Assembly (NCBI GenBank): GCA_965202585.1
Contig: OZ241829.1
Span: forward strand, 6,572,001-6,636,000
Source: Thalia democratica
Lineage: Eukaryota
DNA length: 64,000 nucleotides
Direction of reading: 5' to 3'
The position numbers and the translations under genes were made by a program. The notes under the pieces were generated by a model. The model had not been told where the DNA came from, made no database searches, and worked only from the letters and a program-made list of their open reading frames with translations. How positions within the stretch are numbered: position 1 is the stretch's first letter; every line of letters begins with the position of its first letter. Shown here in pieces: positions 13,975-25,000 of this stretch.

Positions 13975-16900
13975 TAAAACTGAAATCTCTAGTAAATAAT
14001 TTGTTAGGTAAGCAATTCGTTTAAACAAATATGTTGCAGACATTTAAAAATTAGATTTAGGGAACATTTGTCTAATTCAATTGAACTTTATATTGGTAAT
14101 AAACAGACTTTTTTAGTAAAATTATATGTAGAGTAAATAGTCTAAGTAGATAAGGTCAAAGTAGGATTATTTGTAGTTATGAAGTAAAATTAAAGAAAAC
14201 AATATAAACTCGTAAACAACTGCTTCGCTTAAATTAAGTATAAACACATGCATAGATTTATAATAACCTAGCGTTTAATTGCATCCAAAATCAAATAGTT
14301 CTACAGATCATTAATAATAAACAAAAATAAGTGTAACAATTAAAATACAAATAACAATGCAATAACTAAGAAAAAACTAAAACGTGAATGGTTTATAATA
14401 ATACATTAAAGCATATACTATTAAATTTTAGAGAGAAATACCATACTTAATGAGGCTATATGATGACTTGATATTAATGTAAATGACAAGAAGAATAACC
14501 AATTGAAACTTTCAAACTTAATTAAGAAAACAATGTTTCACCCGTTTGAACGAATCAGGCAATAAAATATTACTAGTTTAACATATATGTTAAAATACAA
14601 GAACTTTATTAAAAAACATGGTATCCATTATTTATTATGCATATGTTAGTAATGCCTGCATTATGTGATACGTATATACTTCGCTAGTTAAGTACAAAAC
14701 ATTTAAAAATTAAACAATATCTGATATTTACTATGTGTCTATAACTTGTGTTAACATAAAAATGTAATTTATAATAAATGAGACTACCCAAAATGATGAC
14801 ATAATAATTATGAATAATTAAAACTACCAAAATTTCATGAAAAAAACAGTAATTTGTTTGTTAGACTTTTAAAAGTGGCCTCGTTTTATGAATACAAATT
14901 AAGGTGTATATATACATTTTTATGAAGGAGACCAAAAAAGCTATTTGGAAAATTTTAGCTCAGTGTCTATTTATGTAACAATTAAAATTTCCAACGATGC
15001 ATTATGCTTGATAATAATAACGACTACAGTGAACAACTTAAATATTTTGTGGCTTGGATACTGGTTGTAAAAAACTAGCAAAAAAATATGAGTAATTTGT
15101 ACGGGCTTAATCTCTTTTATACAAAGTTAGAGTGAAATTAGTCTGCCATATCTTATAACTTAACTTCTAGGTAATTATAAAATCTAAACTTAGCTGATTA
15201 AAATTTAAACATAAATTCACTTTGTGCATAGTTATTGTAATAAATTAATATTGTAATGTATCATAAATGTTAGCACAACTATGTTAGTATGGTTCCATAG
15301 TAAGAGCAAGCTATACAACAAATTAGTTAGTACTTCAGTCGGAAAGCAATTTTAATCTAATAACTTAATTGTAATACTTAAAAAGTATTTTGACCAGTAG
15401 GATGTAGCTAAAATTTAAGGCTTTTACCTACTTCAAAAGAATTAAACAAGAAAATTCATAAAATACTTTTAAATTCCACACTTGAGAAGAAACAAAAAGT
15501 TTGTAAAAAAACATAAAAGAATCGCCACGAAGCTTACTCAGAAAACAAAATTGAATGATCTAATGTCAAACTTAGCCAAAGAAGTAAAAATTTAAAGAAA
15601 AAACATAAAATCCAAATTAAGAATTTAAAGTAATACTTCGCAAGCATAAATAACAAACAAGGCAACTACAACAGACTAAAAACAAAAAAAAAATTAAAGC
15701 ATTAAAACTAGTTTTGAAACACGTTATGAAGTTAAATTATTGGAAAAATACTGTTACATCCGTTATCATCTGGTTTGATAAAATTAAATATAAGCACAGA
15801 TCAATAAAAATCTAACTTATGTTCTTGCCTGAACAAAGAAAAACATGACACATAGAATTTTTTGAGGTGTATTCGAATAGTTTAGGGTTTGCCTACACTG
15901 AATGAAGCAGAAAATGACTGAGTTAGTTTCGTAAACCGGTGAAACAACAGTATTAAATAAAACGTAAAGTTAGAAGCCCATTAAAATTTGAACTGTTTTT
16001 GCTTATTTTATAGCAGATTGAAAACTGAGAATACAATTACTCTAATGAAGTCAATCTTCAAGCCTTGTGGTCTGAAAAACTAGTAGAGAATAAACTAAGA
16101 CAAAAAAATGTATATGAAAATCTATTCAGCTTTTTCTAAACTTTAATCTACTCACTTTAGAAGTAGAATTGAATAAGAAACAGCAAAACAGAAATGCAAT
16201 AACGTTTTAGACTTATAAACAAATGCTATTGATTTAAAAGAGAAACCGTAGAAAATGTTATTTAAACTAACCTTTAATTGACGAAGTTGGGTCTAATCTT
16301 AATCTTGTTGAGAATAGGGTATGTTCTATCACGAATAAGACATAATTTACAACAATACCAGAAGTTTTGTTATATTCTAAACCAATATATAATAATTATA
16401 TTAATTGTAATGATGCTACAGCGTAAATAGTGACAAAGTTGGAGAAAATTTACGAACCAGTGTTGCCATAACTGAATACTTTTTAAACGGCACAATAAAG
16501 GAATGTATAATTTTTATTTATTTTTTACTTATCAAAAACTGAAATCTCATGTTCGTGCAATTAATTGGTAAATTAAGCAGTTTGTTTAAACACGTATGTT
16601 GCAAGTGTATTTTCAAAATTCGCGAACCAATGAACGTGTGCCTAAATTAAATTTTATACTGGTGACAAACAGAAAAAATATCAATAGTCGGAAAAGCAAA
16701 GAAAAATAATGGAGAAATTTAGTTAACTTTCATAAGTGTGAAGATAAATACAGAATTTAAGAAATTGCCTAATTCAACAGTTTTGATTTCAAATTCAAAT
16801 TCTCAAAGAACTTTATCGATCGTAATCAGCAATGAGTAGAATGTTATATAAACTATTACTGGAAAAGGTAGTTTAAAAAACACAGCTTACTTTGTTCTAT

Positions 16901-17962
16901 TTGATAATTACTATGCATGGATATCTCTATAATACTACTAATAAGTTTCAAGTAAAATGTATATTTTGATTTAAACTGAACTAGAGCACTAAAACAGAGA
17001 ATACAATCAATTAAATAAAGTCATGATTTTCTAAAATACAAATACATAGCCTTTAGCTCCACTAGCTCAAGAGATATCATAGAAAAGGTTTTTTAAACAA
17101 ACTGTTGAAAATCTTAAGCGTCTAAGTAAAATATTTTTAAATGAAATATAAACAAAATATATAACTGCGTGATATATAAACAAAAGAGTAAAAAAACAAT
17201 ACTAGCTTTAAAATATAAGAAATACACGATTTTACTTCACGTTTTAACTTTGTAAACTATGCTACCGGTCGATTGAAGGCTAAAAAATATTTTAAAAATT
17301 TATATTAAAGGAAACTATATTTCTAAACAGATTAATTGTTTAGAAATATATATGCTTTGATATTGGATGATGGTCAAAATTGACTGAAATACCGTGCATT
17401 GGACAATATTCAAATTTTTTAGAGAGAAAGATAAAATAAGTTATAAGTTAAATAAACTTTTTTGTTAGTTAAGAGAGTATCACTTAAAATATGGTTGATT
17501 TAATAACAGTAAAAGATAATATTTTCTACTTTAAGGACTAACTTTTGGGTAAAACATTTTCGTCCACTTCTAAACCAATACTTGTCTAATGAAAATGACT
17601 TTTACAATCAAAAAAAATGAAATGTAATTAAACTACGGTTACATGACCATATTTTACCTTTTACGCACTAATTTTAAGTTTAGAATAGTCGTAGAAAGAA
17701 GTATACCGGTTAAGTATAAACTATAAAATCTTAGCTTAGCAGATTACAATTTAAGTTCACCTTGTGCATGTTTATTGTAATGTATCATAAGTGTTAGCAC
17801 AACTGTGTTTGTATAGTTCATTAGTAAGAGCAATCTATTCAACAAATTAGACAATACTTCAGTCGGAAAGCAAGCTTAATCTTGAAACTATCTTTATTGT
17901 AAAACTAAGTAAGTATTTTTACCAATAGGATGTAGCTTATGTTTAAGGCTTTTACCTACTTT
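13975..17962. repeat. Older ~2.55-kb-period duplication (13975-15435 versus about 16535-17962)
   Basis: Matching blocks: actgaaatctc..gtttaaaca..tatgttgca (13979 / 16539) and ttgtaatgtatcataa.tgttagcacaact..tacttcagtcggaaagcaa..taggatgtagct..tttaaggcttttacctact (about 15250-15430 / 17775-17960). Confidence 0.7.
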
Positions 17963-18491
17963 AAACGGGTTGTGCAAGTTGTGTGAACGGACTAATACTT
18001 TAAAAAGAAGAATATACACAAAGGTTGATCAACTACAAGAAGTGTGAAGTACAAGAAGTTATTTGCTTTGAAAGATAGTTTATAAATATAGCTTGCATGT
18101 ATTTTAAAAAAATTGCAAAAACCTAAAAAATTAAAGAAAAAAAAGGAGAATAGTGGATTAGGACGCAACAATATGGTATATAAAAAAAAAAAAAATTCAA
18201 GGATTTAATGTGGGAAAAAGCAAAAAAAGAAAAGTAAATTATTAAAATTCCTTAAAACTATGTGGACAAACTAAGACGTAAGTATTTTGTAGAAGTATTT
18301 AAAACAAGTGGCCCATGAGTAAGTTATATTTGTTGTCTTTCATACAACTTAAATACTAAAATTAGTATGTTATATCTAAAACTTCTAACGAAAATAAAGT
18401 TTAGTTGCGACTTAGAAGTACTAGCACATTATCTCGTACATCAAAGTCATAACTCAAAAAGGTGCCGACCAGCAGAGTAACCGGGCCTAAA

Positions 18492-18595
18492 GGACAAGAA
18501 TTAAAAAAAAACTAAGGGCAGGCCGGGAGATGACAGGTGCGAAGCACCGTGTCATCGACTGGCCGTAGCCCTTAGTTTTTTTTTAATTCTTGTCC
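18492..18595. repeat. 104-nt palindrome/hairpin: perfect 28-bp arms, imperfect inner stem, GCGAAGC cap
   Basis: ggacaagaattaaaaaaaaactaagggc (18492-18519) pairs with gcccttagtttttttttaattcttgtcc (18568-18595). Inner pairs are ggcc/ggcc, gatgac/gtcatc and ggtgc-GAA-gcacc. Confidence 0.95.
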
Positions 18596-19005
18596 GCTAC
18601 CTTAACACTTACTAATCAAACTCATCAATATAAAACCACTCAGTCATAATTGAAAAACTATAACTGATATTACCGTCAGGCCCAGACATGTTAAAAAGCT
18701 ATGCTTTGTTTACTCAAGCGTGAAATTACTAACTTAAAACAAACCAAAGTTTATACGCTTCATTGCTGAATTACCATAGTAACTATTAGCATTTTACCAA
18801 CTCTGGTCAGGCCTTTAATGGTTACACATCAATAAGTTAGATCATATAAGCTCAAGGTTGGTAAAAGATAACAGATAAAGACCGTACAAATATAAAAACA
18901 TATACTTGTTTGGCAGTTACGCTACTCACGGTCCATTTGACAGAAAAAGGTGGCCTTCAAGAAAAAGGCCGTGAAGAAAAAGGAAGAAGGAAAAAATGAA
19001 AATTT

Positions 19006-19028
19006 TTTCGCCGGCGGAGCCGGCGAAA
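19006..19028. repeat. Perfect 10-bp stem hairpin with GGA triloop (GCGGAGC core)
   Basis: tttcgccggc-gga-gccggcgaaa. Confidence 0.9.
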
Positions 19029-19130
19029 TGCCTTAGAAAAAATAATTTTAATTAATCTTCATTTAAAATTCCCCAACAATTTTCGGTTTCGGGGATTCCC
19101 CATTTATGGAAAAATGGGTGGCGGGTCCGT

Positions 19131-19620
19131 AAAAATTCAGTGCGTACCTTACGCGGGTGCGTACTTCATAAAAAACCTCTTTAATGACTAAAAAAAATGT
19201 GTTATTAAAAATTTAGTGCGTACTTTACGCGGATGCGTACTTCTTAAATAATGCCTTTAGTTGCAACAGAAAATTTGCTGTTAAAATATAGTGCGTACCT
19301 TATGCGGGTGCGTACTTCTTAAATAATACCTTTAGTTGCAACAGAAAATGTGCTGTTAAAATATAGTGCATACCTTATGTGGGTGCGTACTTCTTAAATA
19401 ATACCTTTAGTTGCAACAGAAAATGTGCTGTTAAAAATTTAGTGCGTACCTTACGCGGATGCGTACTTCTTAAATAATACCTTTAGTTGCAACAGAAAAT
19501 GTGCTGTTAAAAATTAGTGCGTACCTTATGCGGGTGCGTACTTCTTAAATAATACCTTTAGTTGCAACAGAAAATGTGCTGTTAAAAATTAGTGCGTACC
19601 TTATGCGGGTGCGTACTTCT
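19131..19620. repeat. 75-76 bp tandem minisatellite, about 6.5 units
   Basis: agtgc unit starts at 19139, 19215, 19290, 19365, 19441, 19516 and 19591. Consensus AGTGCGTACCTTAYGCGGGTGCGTACTTCTTAAATAATACCTTTAGTTGCAACAGAAAATGTGCTGTTAAAAATT. Confidence 0.95.
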
Positions 19621-21835
19621 TAGAATGCGCACCTTGTAGATTTTTGATAAAATAACATTTTTAAGTTATGATTTAAATCCTAAATTAAATGAAATATAGT
19701 TTCAGACATTACACCACCCTAGTTTATTACCTAATGTTTTACAAATACATAGAAGACAGTTCATCAGTAGATAAATGTACTTTTTAATGACAGAAAATGT
19801 ACCAAATAAAAATAGAAAGTTTAATATGAGTCTAAATATGTACCTTGACAAATCTATTTATATGATTGAATTGCTTTCTATGTATATTCAAACAATAGTC
19901 ACTTAACTTGCTTATGTAAATTGATCTTAATTAGTAACCTTTTCAAAACAGTATAAACTTAAATTATTCAAAAGTTAATCAACACTTGAAATGAAAAAAA
20001 TGTTTGATCTATATATTTTTGTCAAATATTATATTTAAATTGTCACACAGTGTTTATAGCTTTATTTAAATTCAATTTTATACTGTTCCTACTACAAGTT
20101 ATCATTTTACTTTTCATGTAACTTTACTTATTAATAATCAATCTATTAAAAACATATGCTTTTCATTAACTGTTACTACCATTACTGACTGGTGTATTTT
20201 GATTAACTTTATATTTTACTACTAGACTTAAAATTAGACTACATTAATAGTTGAATTCAGACAGCTTAATAAGTGTACATATAAACTAAAAGTGTTTGCT
20301 GTTTTCAATTTATCAATACATTGTTACAAACTAAAACAATTAAACCATACTACTCTATGTGACTGATTTTCCTGTTAATCATTTCAAAATTTGTCAATAT
20401 TGCATCTTAAATACTCATCATTTAAAACCTTTATGTCTGTATTAACCTGATATAACAAAAAAAAGTTATACTATTCCCAAAATTTTGTCTTAACAAAAGT
20501 ACATTGAGTTTTTAACTATATTTAGTGTTGTTCCATTAGCATTAAACCTTTTTATCTTTAAAGAAATGATCTATCTTTGACACTCACAGAAAACAGTACA
20601 GCAAGTTGTTGATAAAAGCTTGTTAGTGCATTCATATGAACAAAAGAAATTGTTGATAGATAAAAGATTAGAAAGAAGTAAGTAATAGAAGAACAGAAAA
20701 ACTTAAAACAAAAGTAAACCTCATACACATATGCACTAACAACCTTCAAACTTTGCTTGCTGTTAACTGCTTTGTAAATGTATGAATGCAAACTTAAAAT
20801 TTGGAACATTTTTCCATTTTGTTAACTAAAAAACCTAATCCTGATATGGTTTAATTCTATTAATTTGTAAAAAATTTAATTATCTTTTGAAACTAATACA
20901 AGTATAGTACTACAATTTTGTTTTAAATGCTACTTATCTTGCATGCACAGTTTAAGAAGTACTTCTTACTAAATATATCATTAATCTAAGAATATTTAAA
21001 CTACATTAATACAATTTATTCAACTTTATTATATATAAACTTCTACACTTAGCTTGCTGTCTGTTTGGGCTTCATTTTGAATATAATACATCTTTAAACA
21101 ACCTTATAAAATTTACCACAATGTTTTTAATGATTTTATTTATGTTTGAGTCTTATTTAAGTTTTCTTTAAAGGTAGCTTAGAAATCTTAGCAGAATGAA
21201 GCCCAACAAGACAAATATATGTTAATGGTATAAAACAAAGTTACAGTTCTATGAGTAGAAAGTGCTAGTCTGAACTTGTGCAAAATTCAATTAATATCTA
21301 AAGCTTAATGTTGTTCAAGTATTCAAAATTTTAATAGTAACAAAAGGGCTCAACAATTAATAAGTAGAAAATATAGAATCAAAAGACAAAACATCATGGT
21401 TTATTTAAAATATCTAAAAAAACTTAATTTTCTTATATTCAACTAGTCTGACTGGTTACCCTGGCAAAAAATACTAAGTTTATCTATTATTCATCATACA
21501 CATAAAACAATTACAACTGTATTAAAAACTAAATTACTAGGTTATAACATTACACTAGAGAGGCATTTTTGTACAGATATTTTTAATATCTTTTTATTTA
21601 AAAATTAATTTTTCACTAACTTTTTTTTATACATTTAATCACTTTTTAAGCTATGTTACGATTTGATTTCAAATTAGTTTTGAATAAACGTCTTGTTTTT
21701 GTATAGCGTTAAAGAAAGTTTCTTCGTACACATGGTCGTAGTACCAATTATTTGAACGCTGTTTTAGTCTATAAACAAACAATATCTACCTGAAAACTAC
21801 ATTTAAATAACTTGAGTTTATAATCCATATTACAG

Positions 21836-21841
21836 TTTATT
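21836..21841 (-). terminator. Candidate polyadenylation signal AATAAA
   Basis: About 125 nt downstream of the stop codon and conserved in the duplicate (3977-3982). Specificity is low in AT-rich DNA. Confidence 0.35.
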
Positions 21842-21964
21842 AGTGTTTAAGCGAATTAGTATAAAAATAAAATCTTAAAAAATGTTTTATCAGTATTTCT
21901 TTTGTATTTTCCAAGCTTGGCCCTTTATAGCGTACATTGAATTTTTTTAAAGTTTTGTTTTTTT

Positions 21965-22010
21965 TCAAGCTTGTCCGGCTTCTGCAGCTGCCGGAGAGTA
22001 ACTTCCTTGC
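21965..22010 (-). CDS. Terminal coding exon: cytoplasmic tail KQGSYSPAAAEAGQA*
   Basis: TTACAG acceptor at 22011-22012, phase 2 match to the TM exon, TGA at 21965-21967. Confidence 0.88.
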
Positions 22011-25000
22011 CTGTAAAAGTAAAACGTTATTGAAAAAAATTAAAATGAAAAACTAGAGTTTTTAAGAACTTTGTTTATGTGCAAACACTAGCTAAAAACT
22101 TCAATACAAAAAAATGCACAAAGATATAGTTGTATAAATAGATAGAAAATACGTTGTAAGCCACATTTACCATCATGAAAGCCTTTAGCTAAAACAATGA
22201 TAACAGTTTGCTTTAAAAGATTTTAAAACTTTAAGCTTCTTTTATTCGACAAATGTTCTTGTATGCACATTTATAAATACTACTTACAACGTCTTATTGA
22301 TTACAAACAACTCAATTTGTAGCTTTTACGTATGACGTCACAAACAAAACAAAATAAACAATTGTAAACAAAAATAATAAAAGTGTATAACTCACTATAT
22401 AGATTTGATATGTGACATAACATATATGAAACAATAAATAGTTATTAATATCAAACGTGTATATATTTATATACAAATAAACTCACTTTGTAGCTTTTAT
22501 GTATGACATCACAGACAACGCGACAATGGCGACCAATAGGGCGACAGCAAGCGCGATCAGCAACCAGCCACTAGGTGGACCTACTGTTGACGGCTCCTTA
22601 AATCCTGTGAATTTGTTTGGATGTTACTTTTTGTAATTATAAATTATCAAACAAAAAAATTGTAGTACTAGTTTAGCTAACTTTTCTTTTTTGTTGATAA
22701 TAACAAGTTGTTATTCGATTAACTTTAAAGGGAAAAACTAAAATTTATTTTCTATATGTTTAGTAGAAAAGTTGTTTTACATTGTTTATTTCATTCTAAC
22801 TATTTCCTTATCACAGAAAAGTTAAGGTCCGTATACTCACTATCATTTAAAATAAAGAAAAAAATAGTATACTAGTACACTAATTTTCTTCTATGGCAAA
22901 AAAAAAAGAGTTTTACGTAAATTAGTAACCATTAAATGAAACAAAACAAATAATTTTATTCATAACTTTTAACTACATTGTATACGAACCAACAAATTAG
23001 TTTACTGTTTTACTTTTGCACGTATCTGCTGCAAAAAAAAAAAACACACGAAACGTATTAAACAGTAATTTTTTTTCAAATAAAACAAACTCACTAGTAG
23101 TGACGTCAGCTGTCGTGTTCAACTGCTGAGTGGTTATTTCAGGAACTGTGGTGGCCTCAGGTATCGTAACTGGTACGGTTGGTTCGACTTCAGTCCAAGG
23201 TGGTAGGACTGTTGGAAAAACAAGCAATTAGAAAAAGTTAAACAAAGCTTTTGTACAGAGAGAAACTTAAATTAAACAGTTTTTTGTCATATATTTTTGA
23301 ATAAATCTATAAGCTTAGTACTTCCAAAAACTGTTTTCACAAGTTTTAAGTTGAACCAAAAAGTGTAAAACCAATCGTTTTAAAATTATGTTTTTCTGAT
23401 AAATAACTAAAACTTTATTTCAAATACGACAATAATTAATTGTTTTTTATGTTGTTTTGTTCACAACTCACCGTATATCTGAGTGTCGCACAGTTCGATC
23501 GTGTCACCGATTTCCGCGCCCGCCGCCGCCGCCGCCTTCACTTTCCGCATGATCGCCCTCGCCTCCTGGTGGTGGTTCCTCCTCGTCACGATCTTCAGCA
23601 ACACTTCCTCGCTCGACCTCAAAGCCGTTCTGTAGCTCACGAGCGATCTCATCGATCCGGATCCCTCGCCGGATCCCTCCCCGGATCCTGGTTGAATGTC
23701 GAATGTTATTAATTTAAACGACGTTGTAAACATAATTATGTTTTAGATAGTAGATGTTATGGAAGGAAAATTGTTTACAGGCTGTTGCTTGTACTATTAG
23801 TTTTATCACAGTTTTGTTATTAAGCTGTAGGAGTATTTTTTATTTGACGAAAGTGAGACTTGTGAATACTCTTAAGTTTTTGCAGTATGTTAAACAACTT
23901 TAAAATAAAGTTAAAGAAAATACTTGTTTAAATTTTTTCACGTTTAAACAACCACGTTTATTGGAATAAAAATGAACTTGGAATTTTTGCAGGAAATATG
24001 GAAAACAAACCTCCTTTGTCGACGTATTCGCACGAACTCATAGTGAGATCGCAGTAGAGCTTGATGAAGCCCGCCCACTCGTCGTAATGATGATCGTGCA
24101 CTTCGACGCTCTCAACGTCCAATATCAATCTCAACTCTTCCAACGATTCCAGCAAGTCCGTTTCTGTGGAAAGTAATTAAATGTAGCTCGAAAGTTTTGA
24201 AAAAATATGTGACAAACATGCTCAAGTTCGCATGGCTTATAAACGTTCTCTAAAGTTTTTTTACTAAAAAAGTCTTTTACACAGTTCACATCGGTGATAT
24301 TTTGATCTGAATGACGAAGTATTTCGAAATAATTGAAAAGATTTTGTGCAATCACCGATTTAAAACATATTCATAGCTTTATCAACAACGCAAGTTAAGT
24401 GTGAACTCCAACTCGTAGTTTCAAAGTCAAACCGTTCTTGTATCTGATGTTGATCTTCGAGTACAGGACCCTCTTTTCTCCCAGCGTCAGGTTAGGGAAG
24501 GTTTCGTTCCCAGGTATGACGTCACCGGAACCTTCACCTGATCCTGAATATCCTGAAAACACTTCGGATGATCCCTGCAGCTTCGACACGATCTCATCGG
24601 CAGTATCTTCCAATGCGGCCGATACTGGAATAAAAAAATATATTTTCTGCAACTTTAATCTGATTTCGTTGTTTAAACAAAAGAATAGTTTTTGAGTTAT
24701 TTTTTTTAAGTCAAACTAAATTTTTGAAACTTTTCATGTACGTTTTGTTAGTTGTTTACACTGTTAATAGTTAAAAAGTTTCCATCTGTGAATTTTAAAT
24801 TATATATCATTTTTCTAATACTACGTTAGAGTTAATACAAATACTTGAATATATTTAAAAATTTTAAATTAGTTAAGAGTTTAGTTTTTATCTGGTGTAC
24901 GAATTTTTAAAGTTTTAGTCTCATACTGAAATAGTCGTAATGTAACTTTTGTTTGAAAAATATTGAGTCAAAACTTCTAATCTAATCAAACCTTTCAAGT

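Larger units (their letters stand above)
18440..19650. mobile_element. Putative non-autonomous DNA element (hairpins plus internal satellite); family unresolved
   Basis: GC-elevated island in an AT-rich spacer with two GNA-capped hairpins and a tandem array, and no ORF. Termini and TSD were not identified. Confidence 0.4.

Noticed and set aside
19131-19620. CRISPR-like array
   Set aside because: The units are fully repeated with no unique spacers, and the context is eukaryotic.
20558-20809. 83-aa minus-strand ORF downstream of the gene
   Set aside because: AT-rich, no coding-like codon bias, no splice support.
21455-21468. X-box-like GTTACCCTGGCAAA at the duplication breakpoint
   Set aside because: A single imperfect match with no adjacent transcription start evidence.
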